From Obrimoposthia wandeli (taxonomy: Eukaryota), in assembly GCA_977020255.1 (NCBI GenBank), contig CDROCS010002866.1, forward strand, positions 248,001-312,000: 64,000 nt of DNA. Reading direction: 5' to 3'. Of the stretch, positions 20,071-31,330 are shown one piece after another. A model generated the notes under the pieces. The model had not been told where the DNA came from. It did no database searches and worked only from the letters and a program-made list of their open reading frames with translations. Position 1 is the first letter of the stretch, and each line of letters begins with the position of its first letter. A program made the position numbers and the translations under genes.

Positions 20071-20828
20071 AACAAGGTCGTATATTCCACAATGGCAGCA
20101 TTCAAGATGTTTGTGAAGAACAAGGTAAAGTTAAACTGGGTAGCGGATTATTGCTTGAGGAAACACAAGTGCAATGGCTACCTCCTGTTGAAGCTGGCAC
20201 CATTTTCGCGCTAGGGTTAAATTATGCAGATCACGCCGCTGAACTTGCTTTTAAAGCACCAGAGAAACCTTTGGTATTTCTAAAAGGCGCAAATGCAATT
20301 ACCGGACATAGAGCCACCACACACAGACCTGCTGATGTCACTTATATGCATTATGAATGCGAGTTAGCGGTAGTAATAGGCAAACAAGGTAAAAACATTA
20401 GCCGTGAAAATGCCTATGATTACGTTGCAGGCTACACCATTGCCAATGATTATGCGTTTAGAGATTATTTAGAAAATTATTACCGACCCAATTTACGCGT
20501 TAAAAACCGCGATCATTGTACACCACTAGGCCCTTGGCTAATTGATCGTGACGATATTAAAGATCCGATGAACTTAAGCCTTAGTACTTACATCAACGGT
20601 GAGAAAACCCAATTTGGATCCACTAAAGATATGGTGTTTGATATCCCAGAGCTGATCGTTTATCTGTCTGAATTCATGACCTTAAATCCAGGTGACATCA
20701 TTTTAACCGGCACTCCAACGGGCATCGCAGATACTAAAGTTGGCGATGTAATTACCACTGAAATTGAAGGTTTAGGACAACTGGTTAACACAGTTGTTAG
20801 TAGCGAAACCTGGCATGCGAGTAACTAA
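20067..20828 (+). CDS. hpaG: HpaG isomerase/decarboxylase, C-terminal subunit (FAH family)
   Basis: FALGLNYADH, HYECEL, YLENYYRPNLRVK, ILTGTP; ATGA overlap with the upstream gene. Confidence 0.9.
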   Translation: MKQGRIFHNGSIQDVCEEQGKVKLGSGLLLEETQVQWLPPVEAGTIFALGLNYADHAAELAFKAPEKPLVFLKGANAITGHRATTHRPADVTYMHYECELAVVIGKQGKNISRENAYDYVAGYTIANDYAFRDYLENYYRPNLRVKNRDHCTPLGPWLIDRDDIKDPMNLSLSTYINGEKTQFGSTKDMVFDIPELIVYLSEFMTLNPGDIILTGTPTGIADTKVGDVITTEIEGLGQLVNTVVSSETWHASN

Positions 20829-20830
20829 TA

Positions 20831-22282
20831 ATGATTAAGCATATTATAAATGGTGAAAAAGTTGCCAGCAGTGCAACCTTCAACACTATCAACCCAGCCA
20901 CAGGTAAAGTAATTACCCAAGTCGCCTTAGGTGGCAAAGTAGAGATAGACGCGGCCGTTGCTGCTGCAAAAGCTGCCTTTCCTGCTTGGTCTAAACGCCC
21001 TAGTGCAGAACGTGCGGCATTAATGCGCAAATTAGGCGAACTTATTGATCAGCATGTACCTGAAATTGCTGCGATGGAAACGCAAGATTGTGGGCAAACG
21101 ATTCATACAACTGCCAATGTGCTTATCCCCAGAGCTTCGCATAATTTCAATTTCTTTGCCGAAATTTGTACCCATGTTGATGGCGAATGCTACCCCACTG
21201 ACGATCATCTGAACTTTACTACCTTTGAGCCTGTCGGCGTTTGTGCATTAGTTTCACCTTGGAACGTGCCTTTCATGACGGCAACTTGGAAAGTTGCACC
21301 TTGCCTAGCGCTGGGCAATACAGCAGTGCTTAAAATGTCTGAACTGTCACCATTAACTGCGAACCGTTTAGGAGAGCTAGCACTTGAAGCAGGCATCCCA
21401 GCTGGCGTATTAAATGTAGTGCACGGTTATGGCAGCGATGCGGGTGATGCTCTCGTTACCCATCGTGATGTACGGGCTATCTCTTTTACCGGCAGCACGG
21501 TAACCGGTAATACTATTATGGCGCGTGCAGGCCTCAAGAAATATTCCATGGAGTTAGGCGGAAAATCTCCAGTGATTGTTTTTGAAGATGCGCACCCTGA
21601 GCGCGCAATGGATGCTGCTTTATTTGGTGTTTTTTCAGTCAATGGCGAACGCTGTACCGCTGGTTCTCGTATTTTAGTGCAACGCTCTATTTACGATAAA
21701 TTTGTGAATGAATTTGTAGAACGCACTAAAAAAATAAAAGTGGGCGACCCTACCGATCTAAGTACTAAAATCGGCCCGATGATCTCAAAAGAGCATTTAG
21801 CGAAAGTACAAAGCTATATTACATTAGGCCAAGAAGAAGGTGCTCGGTTGATGACAGGCGGTGGTACTCCTGAACTTACCGGTGAGCTAGCTAATGGATA
21901 CTTTGTAGAACCGACTGTTTTCGCCGATGTTGATAATAATATGCGCATTGCCCAAGAAGAAATTTTTGGTCCAGTAGCTTGTTTAATCCCCTTTGAAGAT
22001 GAAGCAGATGCTATTCGTATTGCCAATGAGAGTAATTTTGGGCTCTCTTCTTACATTTGGACTGAAAATAACGCTAAAGCATTACGTGTTTCTAAAGCTA
22101 TAGAAGCTGGCATGGTGTTTGTTAACAGCCAAAATGTGCGCGATTTAAGACAGCCTTTTGGCGGTACTAAAGATTCTGGAACAGGCCGCGAGGGCGGCCA
22201 TTGGAGCTTTGATGTGTTCTGCAATCCTAAATTTGTTTGTATGAGCTTAGGCGAGCATCGCATTCCTAAATGGGGTGTGTAA
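20831..22282 (+). CDS. hpaE: 5-carboxymethyl-2-hydroxymuconate semialdehyde dehydrogenase
   Basis: ALDH motifs PWNVPF, FTGST, MELGGKSP, GERCTAGSR, EEIFGP; C-terminal HRIPKWGV; operon context. Confidence 0.93.
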   Translation: MIKHIINGEKVASSATFNTINPATGKVITQVALGGKVEIDAAVAAAKAAFPAWSKRPSAERAALMRKLGELIDQHVPEIAAMETQDCGQTIHTTANVLIPRASHNFNFFAEICTHVDGECYPTDDHLNFTTFEPVGVCALVSPWNVPFMTATWKVAPCLALGNTAVLKMSELSPLTANRLGELALEAGIPAGVLNVVHGYGSDAGDALVTHRDVRAISFTGSTVTGNTIMARAGLKKYSMELGGKSPVIVFEDAHPERAMDAALFGVFSVNGERCTAGSRILVQRSIYDKFVNEFVERTKKIKVGDPTDLSTKIGPMISKEHLAKVQSYITLGQEEGARLMTGGGTPELTGELANGYFVEPTVFADVDNNMRIAQEEIFGPVACLIPFEDEADAIRIANESNFGLSSYIWTENNAKALRVSKAIEAGMVFVNSQNVRDLRQPFGGTKDSGTGREGGHWSFDVFCNPKFVCMSLGEHRIPKWGV

Positions 22283-22369
22283 ATAAACTGTATAGAGATT
22301 GTAGCTGCTGTTAGTTGATGAACAGCGGCTATTTACAGCAAGATATAGAAAGTTAACTGGAGAGATAAC

Positions 22370-23221
22370 ATGGGCACTCTTGCCTTAGCTGCAAAAATAA
22401 CACATGTACCTTCAATGTATTTATCAGAAATGGAAGGGCCACACAAAGGATGTCGTGCCGCCGCTATTGCTGGGCATAAAGAAATACGCCGTCGCTGCAT
22501 TGAACTTGGGGTTGATACACTGGTTGTATTCGATACTCACTGGCTAGTAAATTCAGGTTTTCATATTAATAATGCAGCTAGCTTCTCTGGCGTTTACACC
22601 AGCAATGAACTGCCACACTTTATCAAAAATATGCCTTATGAATATCAAGGCAATGTTGAACTGGGCGATATTATCGCTAATGCCGCCTCAGATGCAGGTG
22701 TGTTTACACGGGCACACAGCGATACTACTTTAGCACTTGAATATGGCACGTTAGTGCCAATGCGTTATATGAACGAAGACAACCGATTTAAAGTAGTATC
22801 CATCGCCGCTTTTTTAACAGTACACGATTTACAGGACAGCGCAAAATTTGGCGCAGCGCTGCGCACAGCCATTGAGCAACAATATGATGGAACGGTGGCG
22901 ATATTAGCTTCAGGTTCTTTGTCACATCGCTTTGCTCAAAACGGCGTATCGGAACAATACTTACATAAAGTGTGGTCACCCTTTTTACAGCAAACGGATG
23001 ATAGTGTTGTACAAATGTGGGAAAACGGTGAGTGGGAAACGTTCACTCAAATGCTTGATGAATATGCAGTAAAGTGCCATGGCGAAGGTAATATGCATGA
23101 TACTGCCATGTTATTAGGCGCTTTAGGTTGGGATAAATACCAGGGAAAAGTTGAGGTAGTAACACCCTACTTTGGAAGCTCTGGCACTGGCCAAATCAAC
23201 GCTATTTTTCCTGTCCAATAA
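22370..23221 (+). CDS. hpaD: 3,4-dihydroxyphenylacetate 2,3-dioxygenase
   Basis: MGTLALAAKITHVPSMYLSE, VFDTHWLVN, SGSLSHRF, GEGNMHDT. Confidence 0.95.
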   Translation: MGTLALAAKITHVPSMYLSEMEGPHKGCRAAAIAGHKEIRRRCIELGVDTLVVFDTHWLVNSGFHINNAASFSGVYTSNELPHFIKNMPYEYQGNVELGDIIANAASDAGVFTRAHSDTTLALEYGTLVPMRYMNEDNRFKVVSIAAFLTVHDLQDSAKFGAALRTAIEQQYDGTVAILASGSLSHRFAQNGVSEQYLHKVWSPFLQQTDDSVVQMWENGEWETFTQMLDEYAVKCHGEGNMHDTAMLLGALGWDKYQGKVEVVTPYFGSSGTGQINAIFPVQ

Positions 23222-23244
23222 ATTGTTTGTCACAAAGGTTTTTT

Positions 23245-23631
23245 ATGCCGCATTTTACTGTTGAATATACTGATAATATAAAAGATGAAGTAGATATTAG
23301 AGCGATGCTTGCCAAAGCCAATAAAATTTTAATTGCGCAAAAAGGAGTATTTCCTATTGGCGGCATTCGTTCTCGCGCCATTGAATTAAAAGACTATGTC
23401 ATGAGCGATGACGAGGAAGATTACGCTTTTGTTCACGCCTCTCTCAAAGTTGGCTCTGGCCGTTCTCAGGAACAGCTTGATACTGCTTGTAATGCACTAT
23501 TTGAAATGATGAAAGCGCATTTAGCAACACAGTTTGAGCAAAGATACATCGCGTTATCAATGGAGTTTTCGCAGTTTAGTGAAGCTGGTACTTATAAACA
23601 TAATAATGTACATGCACGCTTTAAAAAATAA
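23245..23631 (+). CDS. hpaF: 5-carboxymethyl-2-hydroxymuconate delta-isomerase
   Basis: MPHFTVEYTDNI, FPIGGIRSRA, KHNNVHARF. Confidence 0.93.
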   Translation: MPHFTVEYTDNIKDEVDIRAMLAKANKILIAQKGVFPIGGIRSRAIELKDYVMSDDEEDYAFVHASLKVGSGRSQEQLDTACNALFEMMKAHLATQFEQRYIALSMEFSQFSEAGTYKHNNVHARFKK

Positions 23632-23666
23632 CGTTTTAGTTAATAGCAAATACATGTGGGATAAAT

Positions 23667-24470
23667 ATGATTGATTTAAATACTGCAAAAAAAATTGCAC
23701 AAGAGCTACACCAAGCTGAAATAAGTGGCGAGCAAGTCTCTCAAATATCGCTGCGCTACCCAGATATAACCATTGAAGAAGCTTATGCCATTCAAAAGCA
23801 ATGGGTGGGTATCAAACTTGGCGAAGGGCAAGTGATTAAAGGGCACAAAATAGGCCTTACCTCGCGTGCTATGCAAATGTCATCGCAAATCACTGAACCA
23901 GATTACGGTACCTTACTAGATGAAATGTTTTATGAAGATGGTAAAGAAATCGCCATCAGCCGTTTCATCGATCCCAAAGTAGAAGTTGAACTGGCTTTTA
24001 TTTTAGGCAAAGAGCTTAAAGGCGAAAATGTAACCATTTTTGACGTGCTAGCTGCTACTGATTACGTTACCCCCGCAGTAGAAATAATCGACGCAAGAGT
24101 ACAGCGAGTAGATCCAAGTAATGGTCGAATGCGAAAAGTAATGGACACCATTGCAGATAACGCCGCCAATGCTGGTATTATTTTAGGCGGGCGACCGGTG
24201 AAAGTAGATGCAATAGATTTGCGCTGGGTAAGTGCCCTGCTTTATAAAAATGCGGTGATTGAAGAAACAGGAGTCGCTGCGGGCGTATTAAATCATCCCG
24301 CTAATGGTGTTGCATGGCTAGCCAAAAAGTTTGCACCACACAACATCGCATTACAACCTGGTCAAGTAATATTAGCAGGCTCGTTTACTCGCCCTGTTGC
24401 AGTCAGCGCTGGCGATACGATACAAGTAGATTACGGTCCGCTGGGCAATATTAGTTGTCGTTTTGTCTAA
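23667..24470 (+). CDS. hpaH: 2-oxo-hept-4-ene-1,7-dioate hydratase
   Basis: [38 protein letters not shown]. Confidence 0.93.
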   Translation: MIDLNTAKKIAQELHQAEISGEQVSQISLRYPDITIEEAYAIQKQWVGIKLGEGQVIKGHKIGLTSRAMQMSSQITEPDYGTLLDEMFYEDGKEIAISRFIDPKVEVELAFILGKELKGENVTIFDVLAATDYVTPAVEIIDARVQRVDPSNGRMRKVMDTIADNAANAGIILGGRPVKVDAIDLRWVSALLYKNAVIEETGVAAGVLNHPANGVAWLAKKFAPHNIALQPGQVILAGSFTRPVAVSAGDTIQVDYGPLGNISCRFV

Positions 24471-24541
24471 TTTTTATTGAAAACAATTGAGTAGTGTTGC
24501 CAGCAGTGCTGGCCTCCTGCTTTGAAACAGTGAGAAACGTA

Positions 24542-25345
24542 ATGAGCACACCGAAGAATCAGTTTAAAACAGCGTTGAGTAATGGGCAAACCCAATGGGG
24601 ATTTTGGCTAGGTCTAGCTTCACCTTATTGCGCTGAAATTTCAGCAGGTGCCGGATTTGATTGGTTGCTGATTGATGGCGAGCATGCGCCAAATTCATTA
24701 CAAAGCACACTCAGCCAGTTACAAGCGATTGCTCCCTATCCTGTTGCCTGTGTGGTGAGGCCTGTTGAAGGCACTACTGCCGGTATCAAACAGTTGCTCG
24801 ATATAGGCGCGCAAAGCTTACTCATTCCGATGGTTGAGTCTGCACAACAAGCTAGAGATTTGGTGAGTGCTTGTCGCTACCCACCACAAGGTGTACGCGG
24901 CGTGGGGACCGTTTTAGCAAGAGCTGCACAGTGGGGGCGTCATCAGGATTATCTAGCTACAGCAAATAATGAGATATGCTTATTATTGCAAGTTGAATCT
25001 AAAGCAGGGTTAGTCGCACTCGATGAGATTGTTAACACTGAAGGTGTGGACGGTGTTTTTATCGGTCCAGCAGATTTAGCCGCTTCTTTAGGCTATTTAG
25101 GTGAACCTACTCATCCAGAAGTAACTAGTAAAATTGAACAGGCAATAGTCACTATTAAAGAAGCGGGCAAAGCACCGGGCATATTAGCAACTGATAAAGC
25201 CCTTGCTGAGCATTATAATCATTGTGGCGCTCAGTTTATTGCAATCGGTGTGGATACTTTAGTGTTAGCCAACGGGGCATCAGCATTGGCTGCTTCAGTG
25301 AAAAGTAGTGCGCAGGCACCCGCAAAATCAAATGGCGCTTACTAG
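24542..25345 (+). CDS. hpaI: 4-hydroxy-2-oxoheptanedioate aldolase
   Basis: [38 protein letters not shown]. Confidence 0.92.
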   Translation: MSTPKNQFKTALSNGQTQWGFWLGLASPYCAEISAGAGFDWLLIDGEHAPNSLQSTLSQLQAIAPYPVACVVRPVEGTTAGIKQLLDIGAQSLLIPMVESAQQARDLVSACRYPPQGVRGVGTVLARAAQWGRHQDYLATANNEICLLLQVESKAGLVALDEIVNTEGVDGVFIGPADLAASLGYLGEPTHPEVTSKIEQAIVTIKEAGKAPGILATDKALAEHYNHCGAQFIAIGVDTLVLANGASALAASVKSSAQAPAKSNGAY

Positions 25346-25366
25346 ATCTAAAACCCAAAAATATGG

Positions 25367-25783
25367 CTAAGTAGATGGTACTTGTGCGGGGATTGAATAA
25401 GTCCCTACCACATGTGCCACTGCACGATCGTCCCCTTCACTATATAAACTTACTTCCCCCACCGCTAAAGATTTGCCTACTTTTAGTAATTTACACTGGG
25501 CGATAATATCGCGATCTGCAGTAGGTTTTCTTAAAAAGTTAATCGTTAAAGAAACCGTCACTGTCATTTTAACTAAACCAATCTCACCCAGAATAGCCAC
25601 GTAGAGTGCTACATCTGCGACGGTCATCATCACAGGGCCCGAAACCGTTCCCCCGGGTCTTAATTCTGCTTCGCCAATTGGATGGCGTACTGTCGCAGCA
25701 AAATCTCCTACTTCTTCAACCTGACATTTAGTTTGTGGAAATTCTGCATCCAAAAACGCGATAATTTTATTTTTATTGGCCAT
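25367..25783 (-). CDS. PaaI family thioesterase
   Basis: LRPGGTVSGPVMMTVAD, SLTINFLRKP hot-dog fold motifs; start moved from ORF-track 25909. Confidence 0.85.
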   Translation of the reverse strand: MANKNKIIAFLDAEFPQTKCQVEEVGDFAATVRHPIGEAELRPGGTVSGPVMMTVADVALYVAILGEIGLVKMTVTVSLTINFLRKPTADRDIIAQCKLLKVGKSLAVGEVSLYSEGDDRAVAHVVGTYSIPAQVPST

Positions 25784-25957
25784 CGTTTTACCTCTTAAAT
25801 TCAAGAAATAACATTCACTCATACAGTTTTTATCGGTAGCAATTATAGCTGTCTCACAAAACCTAAAATATTCAATACTTAGCTGCCGTAAATCTATCGT
25901 AGGTACCACTACTAATACTACAAAAAAAGCTCCACTAGCACAAAATTATAAGTTATA

Positions 25958-25991
25958 TTGACAATCGCGGCGAAACTGTATAAAAAATCAG
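25958..25991 (+). promoter_or_regulatory. Promoter with LexA (SOS) box
   Basis: TTGACA at 25958-25963; CTGTATAAAAAATCAG (CTG-N10-CAG, 25976-25991, followed by TA) overlaps the expected -10 region. Confidence 0.7.
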
Positions 25992-26016
25992 TACACACTG
26001 AATATATTGGTGATTT

Positions 26017-26901
26017 ATGCAAGAAAATCAACAGACAGCTCTCACTCAAGCGTTTGAAGAAATGAGCCAAGCTTTAATCAATTTTGAACGCTTGTTACAA
26101 GCATCGAATTTACCTATTTGGCTACCACTGACCGATAGCGAACAAGCAGCGGGTTTAACCATGTTGAAAAAAGCTGCAAACCTCTATAGCAGCGTTTGGC
26201 ACAATGGAGATCAAGATGGCAGGCTAACGGTGCATTGCCATGGTTTGATTGGAGCTGATTCAGCATTACTCGAAGCGGGTAAAAACTTGAATGCTTCTAA
26301 AAAATCCTTTCAAAGCGCTTTAGTCAGTTTGAGTAATAAAGACCCTCAATTTATCAATAAAACCTTACACACTAGAGCAGGGACTTTAGCAAAGGCATTA
26401 AAATTAGAGGGTTTATCAAGATTACACTTAAAGCAATGTTATCGACAAATTCCTATTTTAAGCGCGCAGTGCCTAAAAGTGCGCTTTAGCTGGTATAGCA
26501 GTGGAAAAAGTATTGTGCGTATTAGCCAGCAAGAGAGCTTACAAAAGCTATTACTGCTAAATCAGGCAAGCCCACACATTCAAATTCAGTTAGAGCAACT
26601 AGGGAACTTGCGACCTGATACGCGATTAGCCCAAGTACAGCAGCAAGTGCCAGTAATGCGGGCGAATGCAGTGTGGCAGGAAACGGATGCGCAACGAAAA
26701 AAAGAGCAAAAATGGCAACGCAAAGCGCGCAATGCTCCGCTACCTTTTTTAGTGCCGCTAACCAAAGGGCAAGAACTGCCTGAGTTCAATCAACCGCCTC
26801 TGGTCGCACCCAAAACACGCATAAGAGCCATACGCAAAGATGCAATGTTAGAAAGCAGCCCGTTACTGCCAAGTTTGCGCATTTATTGTTATAAGCTATA
26901 G
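26017..26901 (+). CDS. DNA replication terminus site-binding (Tus/Ter-like) family protein
   Basis: Recognised by eye from DGR..CHGLIG, LN..K..F, RLHLKQCYRQIP, VRFSW and R.R..RKD segments and ~300 aa size; not confirmed by an HMM search. Confidence 0.55.
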   Translation: MQENQQTALTQAFEEMSQALINFERLLQASNLPIWLPLTDSEQAAGLTMLKKAANLYSSVWHNGDQDGRLTVHCHGLIGADSALLEAGKNLNASKKSFQSALVSLSNKDPQFINKTLHTRAGTLAKALKLEGLSRLHLKQCYRQIPILSAQCLKVRFSWYSSGKSIVRISQQESLQKLLLLNQASPHIQIQLEQLGNLRPDTRLAQVQQQVPVMRANAVWQETDAQRKKEQKWQRKARNAPLPFLVPLTKGQELPEFNQPPLVAPKTRIRAIRKDAMLESSPLLPSLRIYCYKL

Positions 26902-26904
26902 GCC

Positions 26905-26935
26905 AAAAAAATCCCCGCTAGAGCGAGGATTTTTT
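26905..26935. terminator. Bidirectional intrinsic terminator
   Basis: AAAAAAATCC-CCGC-TAGA-GCGA-GGATTTTTT between the convergent Tus-like gene and sthA. Confidence 0.75.
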
Positions 26936-26972
26936 AACAGCTAAGCTTTTATTAGTACTATCAATGTCACCG

Positions 26973-28373
26973 TTACAAGTGCTGGATACGGTTTAAGCCA
27001 GCGATTGCAGCAACCCGATAGGCCTCTGCCATTGTTGGGTAGTTAAAAGTGGTATTCACGAAATAGTTTAAAGTATTTCCTTCACCCTTTTGGCCCATAA
27101 TAGCTTGCCCAATATGGATGATTTCTGAAGCTTGATCACCAAAACAATGCAAACCTAAAATCTTTAAAGATTCTGGATCAAACAATATTTTTAACATGCC
27201 TACTGGCTGGCTGGTAATTTGCGCTCTTGCAGTATCCTTAAAAAAGGCTTGCCCCACTTCATATGGCACACATTCAGCAGTTAACTCTTCTTCAGTTTTT
27301 CCAAGCGAGCTGATTTCAGGAATAGTATAAATACCGGTAGGCACTTCATCTATAAAGCGAAAATCAACATTACCGATAATATCTGAAGCGGTAGAACGCC
27401 CTTGGTCAATGGCTGCTGAAGCCAAACTTGGCCAACCGATAACATCACCGACCGCTGAAATACCCTCAACTGATGTACGATATCTATCATCTATTTCAAG
27501 TTGTCCACGGCTGTTAGCTGCCAGGCCTGCATTTTCTAAGTTAAGTTCTGCTGTGTTACCAGTGCGCCCGTTACACCAAAGAAAAGCATCGGCGCGAATT
27601 TTCTTGCCCGATTGAAGGCATAAAGTAATGCCTCTTTCATCGCCTGTTACACTAGCATAATCTTCATTATGGCGAATTTTAACGGCTGTGTTACGTAAGT
27701 GGTAGCTTAGGGCGTCTGATATTTCACCATCTAGGAAAGACAGTAAGCGACCGCGAGTATCAATGAGATCAACTTTTACGCCTAAACCACTAAAGATAGA
27801 TGCATACTCACAACCAATAACCCCCGCACCAAAAATAACAATCGTACGTGGAGTATGATTCAGCTTAAGAATGGTATCAGAGTTATAAATACGTTTGTGG
27901 GTAAAATCAATGTCCGGTGGGCAATAAGGGCTAGAACCTGTAGCGATAACAATGTTTTCAGCTCTAAGTGTTTCGTCGCCTTTAATCGTACCTTTTACCA
28001 ATAGTGTCTTTGCATCTTTAAATTCTGCTTTACCAAAAAATACATCAACACGGTTTCTTGCATAAAAATTGGTGCGCAACATGACTTGATTCGCCATGAC
28101 TTTTTCCGCACGCTCTAATACTTTTTGAAATGAGAACCAACGTGGTTCTCCAATTTCGCGGAACATCGGGTTGGTATTAAATTCGACAATTTGCTTAACT
28201 GAGTGGCGTAGTGCCTTAGAAGGGATTGTGCCTTTGTGAGTACAGTTACCACCCACGGCTTGTTGCTCTTCAATAATCGCAACTTTTTTACCGTGCTTGG
28301 CAGCATTCATCGCTGCACCTTCGCCAGCAGGCCCCGATCCAATCACTACTACATCATAATCATATTCAGCCAT
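26973..28373 (-). CDS. sthA: Soluble pyridine nucleotide transhydrogenase
   Basis: [47 protein letters not shown]. Confidence 0.97.
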   Translation of the reverse strand: MAEYDYDVVVIGSGPAGEGAAMNAAKHGKKVAIIEEQQAVGGNCTHKGTIPSKALRHSVKQIVEFNTNPMFREIGEPRWFSFQKVLERAEKVMANQVMLRTNFYARNRVDVFFGKAEFKDAKTLLVKGTIKGDETLRAENIVIATGSSPYCPPDIDFTHKRIYNSDTILKLNHTPRTIVIFGAGVIGCEYASIFSGLGVKVDLIDTRGRLLSFLDGEISDALSYHLRNTAVKIRHNEDYASVTGDERGITLCLQSGKKIRADAFLWCNGRTGNTAELNLENAGLAANSRGQLEIDDRYRTSVEGISAVGDVIGWPSLASAAIDQGRSTASDIIGNVDFRFIDEVPTGIYTIPEISSLGKTEEELTAECVPYEVGQAFFKDTARAQITSQPVGMLKILFDPESLKILGLHCFGDQASEIIHIGQAIMGQKGEGNTLNYFVNTTFNYPTMAEAYRVAAIAGLNRIQHL

Positions 28374-28645
28374 TCACAACCTCTTTAAAAGCACTTTGTT
28401 TAAATTTTTTAAGCTAGTTTATTGTAAAACCAGTATAGGAGAGTTAACACTATGTAAGCTAGTGACAACCGCTCAATTTACTATTTAGTGTCCATCCAGA
28501 AACGAATGTCTACTGCGAACGCCTCACTGACACAATCTACTCACCACTAGATAGAGTTGTTTGGAATAACCAAACGCCCCTATCTAGTAGTACGTATCTT
28601 GAATCATTGAGTCGCTCTGGGGATGAGCCCGTTTCAGGATGAACA

Positions 28646-28885
28646 CTATTTAATTTCGTAACCTAAATCTGCTTGCTTTGATTCAAGTGCTACTCGAGCC
28701 ACTCTCTCATTTTCATCTTCACAAATTTGCTTATCGCCCGCACAGATATCACAAGCGGTATCCATACCTAATGCCGCCATGCCACCGCAAGAGCCTGCAA
28801 TAGGTTTTCCGCCTAAAAGCACCCCCACTGACATAGCCACAACAACTGATAATAATACGACAAATACGACTAGAAACGTTCCCAT
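28646..28885 (-). CDS. nqrM: Na+-NQR maturation protein
   Basis: TM helix followed by IAGSCGG...CDIC; directly after apbE. Confidence 0.88.
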   Translation of the reverse strand: MGTFLVVFVVLLSVVVAMSVGVLLGGKPIAGSCGGMAALGMDTACDICAGDKQICEDENERVARVALESKQADLGYEIK

Positions 28886-28953
28886 AATAACCTCTTTAGA
28901 TGTAACGGTAAGTGACGCCGTTGCTTAATTTAAAATTCTATATTTAACTGTTC

Positions 28954-30009
28954 TTACTTAACAATGCGCTTGGCAAAACCAGGTGTCATTGTCTCAACAA
29001 AGCCTTGTTTGCTCTTGCTAATAAAAAAAGCTTCGATGGCGTTGTCTTTAGCATATTGGAATGACTTTTCTAAACCCATCGCTAAAAAAGTAGTTGCCAG
29101 CGCATCTGCCTGAGCACAGTTATCTGCTAAAACAGTCACCGACGCTAAATTGTGTGCAATTGGCCGCCCTGTCTTGGTATCTATTATATGGGAGTATCTC
29201 ACTCCATCTTCTTCAAAATAGATACGATAATCGCCAGATGTTGCGACCGCCACATCATTAACAGTGACAATACGTTGAATTACACGCCCAGCAGTTGGGC
29301 TTTCAACGGCAATACGCCATGGTTCGTTATTAGGTTTGCTACCTTTGGCGATTAACTCGCCACCAATTTCTACTAAATAGGCAGCGTAACCTAAGTCATT
29401 GATCAACTTTGCCACTTGATCAACACCATATCCTTTAGCTATTGACGATAAATCGATGTAAAGGTCTGCGGTTTTTTTGATGCGATTATCACCCAATAGT
29501 TCCAGGTATTGATAACCTACACGCTGACGCACACTGTCTATTTGTGCGTCATTCGGTGCTTTGATAACCCTTTTATTAGGCCCAAAACCCCATAAATTAA
29601 TTAGCGGCCCTACCGTAACATCATAGGCACCTGCTGAACTTTCACTAATTTGCTTTGCTTTAACTAAAAGCTCATACAAAGGCGCTGATACTTGCTGCTC
29701 GCTGCCTTCCGGCATTTGATTAAAAAGTGATAACTCTGAATCTTTAATGTAAGTAGACATCGCTTGATTAATAACGACTAACAATTCATCTACTTGTTTT
29801 TTAACTTGCTGAATTTTCGCGGGCGTTTCTGAGTCTTTAGCTATCCATTTAACATGATAACGAGTACCCATCGTGCCGCCTTCAATCGCTTGCACTACAT
29901 CACTTGCTTGAGCGCTGACTGATGGAAAGATTACTACAAAAACGGCCAGCAGTATAACTGCTAGCCGTTGAGAGGTGCGCATTAGCGCACCTGATAGAGA
30001 CTTAAACAT
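28954..30009 (-). CDS. apbE: FAD:protein FMN transferase
   Basis: TMGT, DLSSIAKGYGVD, VEIGGE, ATSGDY, ADALAT. Confidence 0.95.
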   Translation of the reverse strand: MFKSLSGALMRTSQRLAVILLAVFVVIFPSVSAQASDVVQAIEGGTMGTRYHVKWIAKDSETPAKIQQVKKQVDELLVVINQAMSTYIKDSELSLFNQMPEGSEQQVSAPLYELLVKAKQISESSAGAYDVTVGPLINLWGFGPNKRVIKAPNDAQIDSVRQRVGYQYLELLGDNRIKKTADLYIDLSSIAKGYGVDQVAKLINDLGYAAYLVEIGGELIAKGSKPNNEPWRIAVESPTAGRVIQRIVTVNDVAVATSGDYRIYFEEDGVRYSHIIDTKTGRPIAHNLASVTVLADNCAQADALATTFLAMGLEKSFQYAKDNAIEAFFISKSKQGFVETMTPGFAKRIVK

Positions 30010-30068
30010 CGTGTTTAACCATCTGTTTATACTATCTGTTCGAACCGTCTGTTTACAAGACTGCTATG

Positions 30069-31298
30069 TTAGCCGCCGAAATCATCCAACAGGATATTTT
30101 CTGGCTCTACACCAAGATCTTCAAGCAACTTAATTACCGCTGCATTCATCATTGGTGGTCCACACATGTAGTATTCACAATCTTCAGGCGCTTCATGATC
30201 GCGTAAGTAGTTTTCAAACAATACATTATGAATGAAACCTGTCATCCCCTCCCAGTTATCTTCTGGTTGTGGATCAGATAGCGCCAAGTGCCAATCAAAG
30301 TTCTCGTTCTCTGCCGCTAGCTGATCATACTCTTCAGAGTAAAAAGCTTCACGCAGCGAACGTGCACCATACCAGAAAGAAATCTTACGCGTAGAATTAA
30401 GACGCTTAAGCTGATCAAAGATATGCGAGCGCATTGGCGCCATACCAGCACCACCGCCAACAAAGACCATTTCTGCATCAGTATCTTTAGCGAAGAATTC
30501 ACCAAATGGACCGTATACATCAATCTTATCACCCGGCTTTAGGTTAAATACAAACGAAGACATAATCCCCGGCGGTATTCCCTGACTGCCAGGAGGTGGG
30601 GAAGCGATACGAATATTGAATTTAACAATACCCTTCTCACCTGGATAGTTAGCCATAGAGTAAGCACGAATCGTTGGCTCTGTAACCGTTGAAACATTGT
30701 TCCAAACGTTAAACTTGTCCCAATCACCGCGATACTCTTCTTCAATATCAAAGGTCTTATAATCAACAGTATGTGCTGGGCACTCAAGCTGTACATAACC
30801 ACCAGCACGGAAATTAACATCTTCTCCGTCGGGAATTCGCAACGTTAGCTCTTTGATGAAAGTTGCAACGTTCGGGTTAGATTCAACCGTACAAGTCCAC
30901 TTCTTAACACCGAAGATTTCTTCTTCAAGATCAAGTTCCATGTCTTCTTTAACAGCAACTTGACAAGCTAAACGCCAGCCTTCTTTCGCTTCACGCATCG
31001 TAAAATGTGATTCTTCAGTTGGCAGCATAGAACCGCCTCCTGATACAACCTGACATTTACACTGCGCACAAGTACCACCACCACCACAAGCTGATGGAAT
31101 GAAAACACCCATTTCAGCCAGTGTTTGCAGCAACTTGCCGCCAGCAGGCACTGTGACTTTTTTATCAGGATCGTTATTGATGTTAATCGATACATCACCT
31201 GAACTTACTAATTTAGAACGCGCCGCCAAAATTACCGCGACCAGTGCAAGCACTACCACGGTAAACATGACAACACCGAGAATTATTTCAGCATTCAT
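30069..31298 (-). CDS. nqrF: Na+-translocating NADH:quinone reductase subunit F
   Basis: [10 protein letters not shown] 2Fe-2S motif, [29 protein letters not shown]. Confidence 0.98.
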   Translation of the reverse strand: MNAEIILGVVMFTVVVLALVAVILAARSKLVSSGDVSININNDPDKKVTVPAGGKLLQTLAEMGVFIPSACGGGGTCAQCKCQVVSGGGSMLPTEESHFTMREAKEGWRLACQVAVKEDMELDLEEEIFGVKKWTCTVESNPNVATFIKELTLRIPDGEDVNFRAGGYVQLECPAHTVDYKTFDIEEEYRGDWDKFNVWNNVSTVTEPTIRAYSMANYPGEKGIVKFNIRIASPPPGSQGIPPGIMSSFVFNLKPGDKIDVYGPFGEFFAKDTDAEMVFVGGGAGMAPMRSHIFDQLKRLNSTRKISFWYGARSLREAFYSEEYDQLAAENENFDWHLALSDPQPEDNWEGMTGFIHNVLFENYLRDHEAPEDCEYYMCGPPMMNAAVIKLLEDLGVEPENILLDDFGG

Positions 31299-31330
31299 GG
31301 GCTTAATATTCCTTTGTTAATTATCATGTA

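Noticed and set aside
25900-27000. E. coli-type Ter site near the Tus-like gene
   Set aside because: No GTATGTTGTAAC-like core seen
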